Assembly (NCBI GenBank): GCA_964016885.1
Contig: OZ024741.1
Coordinates: forward strand, 314,030,001 to 314,094,000
Origin: Eledone cirrhosa
Taxonomy: Eukaryota
Direction of reading: 5' to 3'
Length of the DNA stretch: 64,000 nucleotides
The notes beneath the pieces are model-generated. The model saw only the letters and a list, made by a program, of their open reading frames with translations. It made no database searches and was not told where the DNA came from. Positions 47,695 to 63,054 of the stretch are shown in pieces; the stretch's first letter is position 1; every line of letters starts with the position of its first letter. A program made the translations under genes and the position numbers.

Positions 47695-49750
47695 GAGGAA
47701 TTCTTTGACAAGGAGAATAACGACCATTCAATTGTACGGAATAAAAGTAATTACAACCCAACAAAAGATAGAATCAGAGTTCTGGACAAATTTTGTCACC
47801 ACATAGTTACTTTCCCATACCATGAACTACCGCAACCTAAACCCAAACCCAACACGAGTCGAAGGGAAGGGGAGATTATCCAGAACTAAAAAACAATACG
47901 GACATTATAATTAAGGAAACGGACAAGGGAAGTACTTTTGTCATTATTGATGCTGAAAAATATGAAAATTCTATATTGTCTCTCTTACAAAATACTAATT
48001 ACTATGAAAGACTTAAAAACTAGCAGCAATCAAAAACAATGACCAGATTAAACACACTGATTTTCGATGCCAGGAAGACTAAAAAGGAACGCGATTATTT
48101 AACACATTTTGAATACAAATCCAGCAACCTTTACTGTCTTCCGAAGATCCACAAGTGTAAAATAATTAACGATGCCTGTAAACAATCCACCTCAGTCTGC
48201 GTGAACACACAATACCCCACAAATCTTAAATTGAGACCAATTGTAGCGGGCCCATAATGTGAAACACACAGACTGAGCAACTTTATAGACATACTACAAA
48301 AACCAATTCTTACACACATACCAAACCTTGTAAGAGACGATCTGGACCTCTTAGACCACCTCCCCAAAACATGTCAACAACGACACTATTATTGTGTCTT
48401 TCGATGTAGTGAATCTCTACACAACGATCCAACACCAATACAGACTAGAAGCAATAGGATTCTGGCTAGAGAAATATCCCAAAGATATACCTGGCAGAAT
48501 AGAAAAAAGCTTCATCACGAGGGATTAAAATTTATCTTATAGAACAACCTTTTTGATTTCGATGGCAGTACTTTCAAGCAAATATCGGGGACTGCGATGG
48601 GTACAAAAGCCGCTCCAACTTATGCCAACTTAGTCATGGCATACTTAGAAGTCCAGATACATGAACAGTCCAAATCAAAATATTTATCAGAGAATTGGAA
48701 ACGCAACTTGGATTATAGTTTCATTCTTTGGTCCCACACTCTCGACCAACTGAATGATTTTAAAAACTTAATAAACGGCATCAATAACCACATCCAATTC
48801 ACAATGTAATACAGCCAAGATCAATTCCAATTTCTGGACATCTTAATCTTAAAGAAAGACACAAATATTGAAATTGACATACACTACAAACCAACAGATT
48901 CCACACAATACCTGCTATTCACCTCCAACCATCCAAAGCACACGAAGACGAACATTCCTTTTAACCTAGCAAGATGAATTTGCACAATTGTCTCCAATTA
49001 TGAAACGCGAAATAAAAGACTTCAAGAATTAAATGAAATTCTACTCGAAAGACAGTACCCACCACTACTAATAAATGATTGAATAGAAAGGGCTAAAGCA
49101 ATAAATAGGCACTGATGAATTACGAAAACAGAAACAAATTCAAGGTACGTTCAATATTCTATCATATATCTCAACACACAACCCAAGAAATGCGGAAGCT
49201 TACAACACTATTTACAAGAACATCCCACTACTGAAACAAGACGCAAGAATGAAAAAAGCCCTTGAAACACACAAAATAATCAAGAGCAAAAGACAACCGA
49301 AATCACTGAAAACATTACTCACCAATGCAAATTACCTACCACAAACCCACAACCAACAGTCAAAAAATGTGGTCGCTCTGATTGTGGTACCTGCACTCAC
49401 GTCATTAAAGGCAACACGTATACATTTAAATCAGGACAAAATTTTGCTGTAAAAAATCACTTCATTGCTCATCAAAGAGTCTAATTTATGCCATTAAATG
49501 TAAAGGATGCAATGAAGATTATATAGGACAAACTAAACTCACACTCAGAAACAGAATGACAGTTCATCGCCAAAAATTACCAGATCCAACCACGAGACAG
49601 ATACCACTAGGCGAATATCTAGACATATGCGCAAGTAATAAGATACCCAAATTCCAAGTCTTCCCATGTTAACTTTGCGCTGACAATACAACAGAACAAA
49701 TACGAATAAATAAGGAAAATATGTTCATTCAAAATATAGACCAGCATTAA
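47695..49750 (+). pseudogene. Decayed Neptune-like PLE RT-GIY-YIG
   Basis: IIKETDKG, YCLPKIHK, LRPIVAGP, FDVVNLYT, GTAMGTKAAPTYANL, FLDILI, YKPTD, IYAIKCKGCNEDYIGQT. Confidence 0.85.
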
Positions 49751-49917
49751 ATATGGTTTAATATACATTATGTCAACACCATAACATGCTAACCATCCAA
49801 ACATACACATACACACACACATAACACCTACTTTAGAAAATAAAAACCCGAAATAAATAAAACTTAACATACGTTTGAGCTGACAATACAAGAGAACAAA
49901 TACGAATAAGTTAGGAA

Positions 49918-50503
49918 ACATGTATCCATAATATGTATCCCAGTACAACCTGCCTCATGGACGGGTCGTTGGCGACTAAACTGGCAACCCCACCAAGGTT
50001 TCTTGGTGAGGAGGGTGACTTTGGACATCCTGCAGGACTAAAAACAAAACCTGGCAAAGGAGCTCTTAAGAGTCAATGGCCATCCAAAATCACCAGGAGA
50101 GATGACCCCTTAGACTTTGTCAAGGCAGAATTCTAGGAGAAAGAAATCTCTAATATAACACCTGCTACTCTGGTGGTTACCAATGATGTTGACTTGTTCT
50201 TCTTATTGTTAAATATCATCTTGGTTAAGAGAGTGGGACTGGCTTTGTGCAGTGCCTTTGCTCACTATAAAAGCTTCACGGCACAGGCATTGCTTTATAT
50301 CTGGAGATCTCTCTGCACTTGTCGTCACATGGTACCATGGGCCCAGCACTATGTGTCTATAATTGTCACAAGAGTAGTGTTTGTACCAGAGTTTTCAAGC
50401 CGCTGGCTGGACTAAAAAGTCACACTCGTTCAGCACATCGGTAGGGGTTCTCCTACATGGATATAAATTAGTGGCCGTACTCGAAAAAGAGTTGGCAGCC
50501 ACC
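49918..50503 (+). mobile_element. Non-autonomous RTE-like derivative (structured 5' end fused to C2H2-finger 3' end, TA tail)
   Basis: 3' part translates [18 protein letters not shown]; second copy at 60886-61495. Confidence 0.7.
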
Positions 50504-50514
50504 ATATATATATG

Positions 50515-50605
<91 letters not shown>

Positions 50606-50618
50606 GTATATATATATG

Positions 50619-50693
<75 letters not shown>

Positions 50694-50722
50694 ATATATT
50701 TATATATATATATACATATATA

Positions 50723-51563
<841 letters not shown>

Positions 51564-51664
51564 TATGAAAAAAGTTTGTCCTTCATCAGTGATCTTCCAA
51601 ATATCATAGGCATTTCATCGCTTTAAAGACCATATACCTCCGGTTGGTGCGAGCAACGGCTATG

Positions 51665-53150
51665 TGTATATTGTTATACTTGGGGAGGATCATATTTGTG
51701 TAATATTTCCAGAATTAATAATAGAACACACTTAATAACAGAACACGCTTCTGGGTATTTTATATCGGTAATCTAATTTATTCGATCTTCAATGTTGCCA
51801 TTGACTGACCAACGGTCAAAAATAATACAGATACAATATAGACACAAACACATATATATAGTTTATCAAAGTTCTTTCGTTGCACATCTGCAACATAGTC
51901 AGTGGTGCTATTGTTATCTCCCGTTACATTGTATTTTCTACGCCATCTTTATTTAGTCTGTTTATATATTTATTTATTTGTTTATTTTATTTTGTCTTCT
52001 TCGCGCATGCGTTTGCGTGTGTGTATAGTGTTTTGTTTGATGTGTGTTCGTGATTGAGTGACTGTGTATTGGTTAATGTATTCTATCTTTACTAGTGTGT
52101 GTTTATATGTGTTTGTTGTTATTGTGCTTGTGTATGCATTTATTTATTTATTTATCTATTTATGTATTTATACTTCTCTTAGGTCAGTGTTGTTTGTTTG
52201 GGTGTTGTTGTTATTTCATTCATTCTTTCTGTTTAGCCTGGGTCTTCTAAGTTCTATTTCTCTGGCCTCTCTGATTTGCCTATCTGCTGGGTCATTTCTA
52301 TGTTTAGATATTATTCTAATTTCTATGTTGCCTATGTTACCGTCGTGTTGTTGTCTGGCATGTTCGTATAGTACTGAACCGTTTTTTCGTCCTTTTAGTT
52401 CCCTCCCGTGTTGGTCTATCCTTTCACCTATATTACGAGCTGTCTCGCCTATGTATGTTGTTGTCATGTTTCTGAAAGTACCCTCTGTACATCTTATGCT
52501 GTAGACTACATTTCTAGTTTTACAGTTTATCCGGGGGTTTACCCTACATATGATACATTTCCTATTAGTAGGGTGGGTTTTCTGAAAAGGGTAGGTTTTG
52601 CTGATCAGGGATTTTATGGTGCTTTCTGGCTTTTCTACCACCTTAATCTTTAAGTGGGTCTTTCTCAGGGCCTTTCTACACTGGTTAGTTAATTTCCCTC
52701 CAGGGATAGCGTCCACAAACATGACACTCTGGTATCTCTGGTTGTCGTACCATGAGGTAGATTTCCCTATCTTATGTCTAGCACTATCTAAGCTATTCCA
52801 TGATTTGCTCCTGTATAATGGGCAAATTCCTTTCATGTCCAGTTCTATGAGGGTCTTATACTTCTCCATGGCTCCTTCGTATACTCTGACTCTGTCTCTT
52901 TGGTTGTAGCCAGAGAACTGCATGCGGTTGATGAAGTGTTGGATGTGTCTTTCCATTTCTGTTGGGTCGCACATGCGGGACACATTCTTCATCACTCGTA
53001 CCAAATCTGCGATCAGAAGATTAAACTTAGCACTACTGGACATTACTGAGTTGTTGAGCATCAGGTATTTGGAAGCCTTGGGTTTCGCAGAGTGTGAGTG
53101 GAGAATTAGGGCTCTCTCGTCTATAGTGTTAATCCAGAGTTTCGTGTCTA
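51665..53150 (-). mobile_element. 5'-truncated PLE of a sister Nematis-like family (ORF 52216-53150; decayed HHR 51865-51906)
   Basis: LDTKLW..HS.KP..MQFSGY..NVVYSIRC...YIGETARNIGERIDQH; CUGACUA..GAAA gaac UU. Confidence 0.85.
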
Positions 53151-53410
53151 ATATGTGTATATACATTTATATATGTGTATATATATATATATAACTTTAT
53201 GTATATGTAAACCTTTATATCTAATAATCTACCGTTAGGTTGAGATACAATTTGGCGATATTTAGCTGCGCTTTCTAGCAACACGCCTACCCGCCGTAAG
53301 CAACCAATCACATTCTTTCTAACTTGACCACTGCCACATTGCGATTCTTAGCCATTTTTGAATCTAATTTTGGCGCGATCACGTTGGAAAACTAAATGTC
53401 TAATTTTGAG

Positions 53411-53494
53411 TTTGTCTCCTGATGAATCTTAACTCTGGACATTTCCTATTAATTGGATGTCTAAAAATACGGATGGAACCATGGTAGAGATAAA
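53411..53494 (+). ncRNA. Hammerhead motif (GGAA variant) in the 660-bp unit copy 53195-53692
   Basis: uuugucuc/gagauaaa stem I, CUGAUGA, GGAA ccaugg UA. Confidence 0.6.
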
Positions 53495-53747
53495 ATTACG
53501 GTATGTACACATTTCTTCTAAGTTTGAAGTCACACCTAATTGTGTATGGTTGATGGTATATTTGGTCAGTTTCTACATGCTGTTGAAATGTTGGATAAAT
53601 ACTCTATTGGGGCCAACGCGAAGAGGCCACTTTCCGTTATTTTTCGGAGATTTATTTATAAGAGCCTTTATTCTTATAGCTTGGTCTAATTGATAATAAA
53701 TCTTTTGATGTTGTAGACGCTCTTGTGTTCTTTTTCATATACACATA

Positions 53748-53824
<77 letters not shown>

Positions 53825-53881
53825 ATTTATATATATATATATATATACATTTATATACATATATATATATATACATTTATG

Positions 53882-53936
<55 letters not shown>

Positions 53937-53939
53937 GTG

Positions 53940-54043
<104 letters not shown>

Positions 54044-54103
54044 CATATATATGTGTATATGAAAAAGAACACAAGAGCGTCTACAACATCAAAAGATTTT
54101 TAT

Positions 54104-54152
54104 TGGCTTACAATGTTTCTTCCTTACGTAACCGTAGGATTCGTCAGAGCTA
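54104..54152 (-). ncRNA. Minimal hammerhead ribozyme, 3' pLTR
   Basis: gcu CUGACGA auccuacg guua cguaaggaa GAAA cauug UA agc. Confidence 0.75.
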
Positions 54153-55364
54153 TAAAAGGGCTTTGATTGGTGTTATGGACTCTACCAACCAAACATTCAA
54201 GAACAAAGAGTAAAGAGAGTAAAGAGCAAAAGTAGGGGACGATAACTCTAATTTTGGTGCGGGAGGTTGGGGCGTGGGTCCTTGTTTACTAGCTGCGGTC
54301 ATAGTCATTCCCGGGAGTCGGGTGGTTAGCTGAACCATAGATGGGGTGGCGTCAATAGTATGGTGCAGAGGGTGCGCAGAGGCTACACAAACACAAAGGT
54401 CATACAATATATATATATATATAGCGGAGGAGAAAGTACATGAGGTAATTAGAAATGGAAAAAGAGTAATAATAATAATCTATAATTAATAGTGTATAAT
54501 GAGGCATGGGGAAGATTACACTATAATAAGGTATAAAAGTAAGAATAAGGTAAAATATAAAGGAGGATAAAAGTGGAAATAATAAAGATTAAAAAAAAAA
54601 TAACAATAAAAAATAATAAAGATAAAAAATATATAGAGAATATATAAAGAAATATAAGCGAATATTTGGAGGGGAAAACACAATGTAAAAAAACCGATTT
54701 TTTCAAATAATAATAAAAATATAATAATTATGGGGGGAGAAAACGTGATAGAGAAATATGATCAAGTGTGATTAGTTGAGAGAATATAAGATGATAATAG
54801 TTATTTCAAGTTTATATATCTTAATAATAAATAATATGTGTATCAGTGTTGCAGAACCTTCAATTCACTTACGGGTTCAAGCCACGTGGCATGGTACATT
54901 GTTTATCTGTGCGGTCATGGGCGTTTGTTTTTGACACCACAGCAGATGCACAAGTTCGTAAATTCCAATGCAGATAGAAATCTATTTTTGCTCACCCAGA
55001 CATTGACGGAGGATCCAATATTCCTAGTTCAATATGTGTTTGGTGTTATTTTGGTCGCACAAATCAATCACTTGGTTCAATATTATGGAGTATGGTTTTC
55101 TGGTCTTCGTAACAGTGTCAGTGGTTGTATATCTGGAAATCACAAGGATCACAGTACTCCGGTTTGTTGTGATTATCGGTCATCCAGGTATGTTGTTGGT
55201 GGTTGGATTCAATTCTATTCGCCCGAACGTTGAACTTTGGTGTCGATAGGACATTAACGAGGCAGGGTGAGATCGCATCTGTGGTACAAAACGGTACGCA
55301 AGGAAATTCTTCGTCTTCGTTTCATCCGGGTCCAGCAGTCACGTGCAAGAACAGCTACGTAGTA

Positions 55365-55695
55365 ATTGTGGGGTTTATCGGTCAAGTCAGCAACTGACCG
55401 AAAATTCAGGCAGGCATGACAGGCAGATTTAGGTCGGCAGCTTCTTTATGTGTACGTGTGTCCGACACACACAGACACATATTTATATGTATTTCAACTC
55501 AAAAAACTCAATTGATTCACCCACTGGTACTACAATCGGTCAAGACAGCAACTGGCCAACAGTTCCCTTAGGAATTCAGACAGGCATGACAGGTATATTT
55601 AGGTCAGCAGCTTCTTTATGTGTACGTGTGTCCGATACACACAGACACATATCCATATGTATTTCAACTCAAAAGATTCAGTTGATTCCACTATT
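55365..55695. repeat. ~170-bp tandem duplication
   Basis: atcggtcaag.cagcaactg...caggcatgacagg...tatttcaactcaaaa occurs twice. Confidence 0.85.
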
Positions 55696-56411
55696 GATAT
55701 TATATCTGTGTTGCTCTGATATGCATGCTGTGGTGTTCTGGTCGTGCATAGCATTCACTGTGTTTTGCCATTACCTAGGAATGTGATGTTATGGTCATCA
55801 ATAGTCCGGCAAGCGCATTTCGCTCTTATATTGCGGAGAATGGTGTTCTGGTCCTCAGTAAACATTTCGGTCAGCAGGAGGGGTGGTGGTTCTCAGTTTC
55901 AACTTCGACAATACATATGTGTTACTCTGCATATCGTGCTCCTCTCAGTGAAGAGTATTATAGGAGGAATTCGTGCCACACACCATATATAGAGAGAATT
56001 TCTACAGAAAAGTATACATACATATACACATACATACACACATCATACACTTACACATACACACTCATACGCATACATACATATATTCACATACATGTCA
56101 CATATACACATACACACAATCTAATACGCATGCATACAATATACATATATATATATACATACAATATACATGCATACAATGCACGCACACATGCGTGCAT
56201 GCATGCACACACGGACGCACACCCACACGTATGTCTGCGTGTGTGTGCGTGTGAGAGATAAAAGGAGAATACACACACGCACACACACGCACACACACGC
56301 AAAAACACCAACCTTGTAGGGGACTGTACCACCCTTAGGGTACATATCTATCTGGGTTACGGGTTGGGGGGGGCTATAGTCTAGGTGGGGGTTGCGTGAT
56401 ATATGTTACAT

Positions 56412-58940
56412 CTATGTGCTAGGTTTAAAATAGAAGAAGGAACTCAGGATTTTGTGTTGGCAAGAGGAGAAAATTTCCGATTTTCTGTTAAGCAGGTTCA
56501 GTTTAGAGTGTATTATGGCATGGCATTCCAGTAAACACAGGTCACAACTTCCGCTCTGTGGTCGGTATGGCGTGGATCTAGTAAGCTTCCTCCAAAAAAG
56601 TTTGTATGGGGTACTATTATTTTTTAAGAAGGAGATGTATCCCGCCAGTGAGGTGGCATTCTTATGTCTATCGTGACTAAATGTGTACATATACGCGTTA
56701 AATCTAGTTTTAAATGTATTGGACGTTGCTCCTATATATGTTTTGGTAGAGTTGTGTGTGGTTACGTCACATGCATATACTATGTTTTTCATGAGGCAAT
56801 CCCTCCTTAGGGGACAGTTACTACTCCGCCTACAATTGCAACTGCGGGTTCGATTAGTTAGCTTACCTCCCGAAGTTTGGTTACTAGCATTATCACTAGG
56901 TGCCTCTATATCATTAGATGGCTCATTGATGCTATTATGTTGCCCATTTTCCTGTGTAGTCGGTTGCTGGTGGTTAACTGCCATTTTAATTGCATCGAAG
57001 CCTTCCTTAGTTTTCCTAATGTTCGTGCGTGCTAGGTGTGATGCTAGGTTAGGTGTGGTCGAATAGGATAATTTAATTACGTTTTTGTTAATTATGTTGC
57101 GATATCTATTGCCTGGTGGGAAGTTTTTTTCCAATAATGAGAAGAATACTCTGGGGAGGTTAGTGAGGACCTCACAGTTAAAAGGTGGGTTAAAATACAT
57201 GTTTTTCCTTCTTCTATTTTTCTTATCTGTGGGGTGAGTCTCGCTACTGTGCGTACTATTTTGTCGGGTTCCGTTATTAACGTTAGTGGCGTTGTCTGTT
57301 TTGCTTAAGCCCGGATGGTTTATATTCATGGCGTGATCATTTACTGTTTTAGAGTTGTGGTGGGGGACTCTAGTATTGTCTTTATGTGGTTTACATTTAG
57401 CTAGGTTACCGCCATTAGGGTTCTTACTATTATTCTTGCCTCTAAGTTGGTTAGGCTTTGTTGGTAGGTTTCACACTCATGGTTTGAGAGTCCTTATGTA
57501 TATATGATAATCTACTCCCGTAACCAGATTCTGCTAGGGCCTTGTCATAATACTCTGCATTGAAGTTGAAGATACTCTCCTTACAGGACAGTCTGCTAAT
57601 TCTATTAGAGACCCCCTTGGGAATAGCGTTTAGGACTGATTTGGGGTGGTTAGAGCTGGCGTTTACATATGTTAGTCTATCGTTAGGTTTATGGTAGGGT
57701 GCAAATGTTTTAGTTTCTAGGTCAAGGGTGGCGTCTAGGAAGTTTACTGTTTTATCATTTGCATCTATGGTAATACTTAGATTAAAGTTTTTAAAGAACC
57801 TACGTAATTGTTTCCTAGTTCTTTCTATATTGCACTTTTTATACTCGAAAGTGAGGAGGGCGTCATCACGGTATAAGCCGCCCTTCAAGTGTGGTAATGT
57901 CTCATGTAACTCCTTTAAGAGGTACAATCCTACCAGGTCCGTTACTTGTGCAGAGTCACTAGATCCCATTGTGATGTCGAAGTTATTGGGCGTATTTTTG
58001 CGGGTCCACAATTCATCCTCAAATGTGATTATCGTTTTCCGAGCCGCAAGAATGACATCAATTTGAGACCTATTGAGGTCACTTTTCTGCATGGCCATGA
58101 TTAGGGCCTTATTAAGGAGTGTGGGGGAGATTGAGGTGTAGTACGCATCGATGTCGAATTGTATAAATTTAAGGGATTTATGGTTGCTAAGGCTTGAGAA
58201 CCATTTAAAAACCTCTTCCGTATTCTCCCATAGCTCTAGATATATTTTCCTCCTGATGGTAGGTATAACGCCGTCTAAAATTTTCTTACTGATAATTCCT
58301 ATATCTGACTTCGATGGGCTAATTAATCTAACAGAGGGTTTACTAATGAAGTCAGCCTTATGGTCTTTAAGGGTGAACCTGGGTTGCCTAGGGGTATATG
58401 GTTGGGTATACTTTTCCAGACCTAGTTTATCCACTATGGCACATGCTTCCTTATTAATTTCATCTAAGTTTGCGCTTGTTGTCTTTTTATAGTTTCTATT
58501 TAATTCATTGTATATAAACCTACGATACGTATAGCTATAAATATTTCTGGTTTTATCCGAGGTGACCAGGATATCTCTTTTATCGTTAAAGTCCTTAACT
58601 AAGGTTTCCAGTTTCATCCGGAATTTGTTGCTATTCCCATGGGGGGTTTTAAACTTAATATTCCTTACTAGAGATAGGAGGTCATTCTGAAATCCTGAAT
58701 TCCATCTAGCATGGAGTTATGGGGCGGGTTCCTATAGGTTTTAAAACCGAATTTGTTATTGGGGGACACTGTGGGTGATTTCTTATTTCTCTTATCGAAG
58801 TGTAAAGTGCGCCATCTAATACGCTTAACGAAGGAGTAGACACTAGCTATCAGTAATTTCTCATAAGTAGTCCTAGATGGGGTTGGTATGTTCTTGAGTG
58901 ATATAGGTAGGTAGTCTTTAGTTAGCATGCTTCCAATCAA
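56412..58940 (-). pseudogene. PLE RT-GIY-YIG polyprotein, about 2 frameshifts
   Basis: FIQFDIDAYYTSI, FDITMGSSDSAQVTDLVG, GGLYRDD, CNCRRSSNCPLRRDCL..IVY.C....YIGAT, CDLCLLE...LLNRKSE...CQH. Confidence 0.92.
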
Positions 58941-59149
58941 TTATAATCGTACACACAAGGTGGACAGGTCATAAGGATTTAGCTCAACCGGGGGGAGCCG
59001 TAGAAATACTTAGGTTAATAGGAGTTAGGTATTGTATACCCGTGTCCCGTTAAGGTATTGGCAGCATAATAATTAGCCCTATGCTTTGGAGCATAGCCGT
59101 ATATATGAAAAAGAACACAAGAGCGTCTACAACATCAACAGATTTTTAT

Positions 59150-59198
59150 TGGCTTAAAATGTTTCTTCCTTACGTAACCGTAGGATTCGTCAGAGCTA
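59150..59198 (-). ncRNA. Minimal hammerhead ribozyme, 5' pLTR
   Basis: Same as 54104; loop III cauuu. Confidence 0.7.
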
Positions 59199-59585
59199 TA
59201 AAAGGGCTTTGATTGGTGTTATGGACTCTACCAACCAAACATTCAAGAACAAAGAGTAAAGAGAGTAAAGAGCAAAAGTAGGGGACGATAACTCTAATTT
59301 TGGTGCGGGAGGTTGGGGTGTGGGTCCTTGTTTACTAGCTGCGGTCATATTCATTCCCGGGAGTCGGGTGGTTAGCTGAACCATAGATGGGGTGGCGTCG
59401 ATAGTATAGTGCAGAGGGTGCGCAGAGGCTATACAAACACAAAGGGCATACAATATATATATATATATATAGCGGAGGAGAAAGTACATGAGGTAATTAG
59501 AAATGGAAAAAGAGTAATAATAATAATCTATAATTAATATATGTGTATATATATATATATGTATATGTATACATATATACATGTG

Positions 59586-59617
<32 letters not shown>

Positions 59618-59740
59618 AATATATATACTATATGTATATATATATATACATAGGTATATGAATATATATATGTATATATATATATATACATTTATGTATA
59701 TATATATATGTTTATATATATATATGTATATATATATATG

Positions 59741-59771
<31 letters not shown>

Positions 59772-59784
59772 GTATATTTATATG

Positions 59785-59815
<31 letters not shown>

Positions 59816-59834
59816 GTGTATATATATATAAATG

Positions 59835-59865
<31 letters not shown>

Positions 59866-59921
59866 GTGTGTATATATATATATATGTATATATATATATA
59901 ATGTATATATATATATATGTG

Positions 59922-59952
<31 letters not shown>

Positions 59953-60018
59953 TTATGTATATATATGTATATATATATATGTGTATATATATATATGTAT
60001 ATATATATATAAATATAC

Positions 60019-60050
<32 letters not shown>

Positions 60051-60128
60051 GTATATATATATATACACATATATATGTATATACATATACATGTATATGT
60101 ATATATATATACATATATATATATATAC

Positions 60129-60163
<35 letters not shown>

Positions 60164-60178
60164 CATATATATAAATAA

Positions 60179-60209
<31 letters not shown>

Positions 60210-60248
60210 TGTGTATATATATATATATACATATATATGTATATATAT

Positions 60249-60294
<46 letters not shown>

Positions 60295-60328
60295 GTATAT
60301 ATATATATGTATATATATGTATATATAC

Positions 60329-60394
<66 letters not shown>

Positions 60395-60406
60395 CTTTGA
60401 ATATAG

Positions 60407-60520
60407 ATGGTTATCCGGACCACTGTGCTACCATGTACAGCAAGACATCACCCGTTGGTGTAAATGGTACCACAGTGGTCCGGATAACCAAAGAAATGGG
60501 TTCGACTCCCATGCACGTCA
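60407..60520 (+). mobile_element. tRNA-like SINE head (60452-60520) with a 5' snap-back copy
   Basis: A box tggtgtaaatgg, B box ggttcgactcc; 60408-60443 is the reverse complement of 60455-60490. Confidence 0.55.
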
Positions 60521-60674
60521 ATACTCATCTTTTTCCATTTCTCCGAGGGTTCTTAATCCCACTATCATGCTAAATAATTTCTTTAATTTCTTTAGTCACA
60601 ATACGGCGATAGCTTACATTTCTAATAATTTCAAACCACCTCACTGTTTCGAAAATATTCTTACACACGCACAC

Positions 60675-60816
<142 letters not shown>

Positions 60817-60885
60817 CACACATATATACACACATGTATACATATATACACATATATATACATATATACGCATATATATATATAC

Positions 60886-61495
60886 ATGGTGGCTGCCAAC
60901 TCGTTTTCGAGTACGGCCACTATTTATATCCATGTAGGAGAACCCCTACCAATGCGCTGAACGAGTGTGACTTTTTAGTCCAGCCAACGACTTGAAACCT
61001 CTGGTACAAACACTACACCTGTGACAATTATTGACACATATTGCTGGGCCCATGGTACCATGTGATGACAAGTGCAGAGAGATCTCCAGATATAAAGCAA
61101 TGCCTGTGCTGTGTAGCTTTTATAGTGAGCAAAGGCACTGCACAAAGCCAGTCCCACTCTCTTAACCAAGATGATATTTACCAAAAAGAAGAACAATTCA
61201 ACATCATTGGATACCATCAGGGTTGCAGGTGTTATATCAGAGTTTTCCTTCTCCTAGAATTCTGCCTTGACAAAGGCTAAGGGGTCATCTCTCCCGGTGA
61301 TTTTGGATGGCTATTGACTCTTAAGAGCCCCTTTGCCTTTTGACAGGTTTTGTTTGTAGTCCTGCAGGATGTCCAAAGCCACCCTCCTCACCAAGAAACC
61401 TTGGTGGAGTTGCCAGTTTAGTCGCCAACGACCCGACCATGAGACAGGTTGTACTGGGATACATGTTACCAGTAGCACCAACTGGTGACCTGACA
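60886..61495 (-). mobile_element. Non-autonomous RTE-like derivative, full copy
   Basis: [23 protein letters not shown]; reverse complement of 49918-50503. Confidence 0.7.
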
Positions 61496-61659
61496 TACAC
61501 ATACATACATATATATACATACATACACACACATACACCTATATATATATATATATATATGTACATAAATACACACAGAGATATCGACAGTATGCAGTGG
61601 GGTCCACATACATACACACATACATACATGTATTCATATATATATAAATATTTATATAT

Positions 61660-62080
61660 GTAGGGGGTGAGATTTATTGTAGTACATAAAGCAATGCAAA
61701 TATCGGATAAGTAGCACTAAACAGTTCATAGGACTGGAGTATAAATAATATAATATCAAAATATGGTTAAAAGAGTTCCATGTATTTTATTATGCGCATT
61801 TCAAAAACAGATATCATCATGGGATGATCTTTGCGTTCTCATCAGATAAAGTAGGGAGACATAATATGAAGCTTAAAAAACACTTGCTAGCAGTGAAGTG
61901 TAGATATATGTATATGTAAATTTAACGCTTCACTGCTCGCAAGTGTTTTTTAAGCTTCATATCATGTCTCCCTATTTTATCTGATGAGAACGCAAATATC
62001 ATCCCATAATGATATTTGTTTTTGAAATGCACATAATAAAATACATGGATCTCTTTAAAACATGTTTTGATCTTATATTG
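61660..62080. mobile_element. pLTR-end palindrome with tail; HHRs at 61783-61853 (-) and 61973-62043 (+)
   Basis: uauuuuau CUGAUGA gaacgcaaauauc..gauauuuguuuuu GAAA ugc(g/a)ca UA auaaaaua; same family as 14680. Confidence 0.88.
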
Positions 62081-62100
62081 TATATATATATATATATATA

Positions 62101-62192
62101 CATGGCAGCGATAATGAGGGACAGAGACCGCTGGAGAGAACTCGTCCATGGATCTCGGGAATTTTACCCGCCTTAGATAGATAGTTAGATAT
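62101..62192 (+). mobile_element. Extreme 3' end of an RTE-like LINE with (TAGA)n tail
   Basis: [16 protein letters not shown] then tagatagatag. Confidence 0.5.
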
Positions 62193-62196
62193 ATAC

Positions 62197-62310
<114 letters not shown>

Positions 62311-62354
62311 GTATATATTTATATATATATACATATATATATATATACATATAC

Positions 62355-62406
<52 letters not shown>

Positions 62407-62437
62407 GTATTTATATATGTATATATATACATAAATA

Positions 62438-62583
<146 letters not shown>

Positions 62584-63054
62584 AGGAGTGGCTGTTAAGG
62601 CAAGACGTGTTTTCTTGGGCTCTGCTAGAGTCAGCAGAAACACACAACCACGTGTTGCTACACACAAGGGGAAAGAGAAAAATTATGAGACCAAAAGAGA
62701 TGTGTACATTTATATTTATATCTAAATATTGATATTATCATTTACAGTCCCTCTGTGTTTAATGTATGTTCATTAGTATATGTGTTGTTATTTCTGCTTA
62801 CATGTTACATACATACATACATATATATATCAATGCTTGCGTGAACCTCTCAAAAAATAAAAAATTCATTAGATTTTCTAATTGGATACCCCGAAACTTG
62901 ATACCAACACTGAATACACCTGAACTTCTACCAGGAAATCATTCGTATCATTGAAATTTTCTTTTCTTTCCTTCTTATATATTATATATACTTGTCCGCC
63001 ATTGCAAAAGGCCATAAATTCAAAAGAGAAGTGATCTATGAACTTGTACATCTC

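Larger units (their letters stand above)
54055..59540 (-). mobile_element. Full-length Hydra-like PLE with direct pLTRs (54055-54492, 59102-59538) in (TA)n
   Basis: Near-identical ~440-bp repeats flank the ORF; inverted 50-bp pLTR tip at 53696-53745. Confidence 0.92.

Noticed and set aside
60452-60520. Functional tRNA gene
   Set aside because: Acceptor stem broken and anticodon loop lacks U33; SINE-like remnant.
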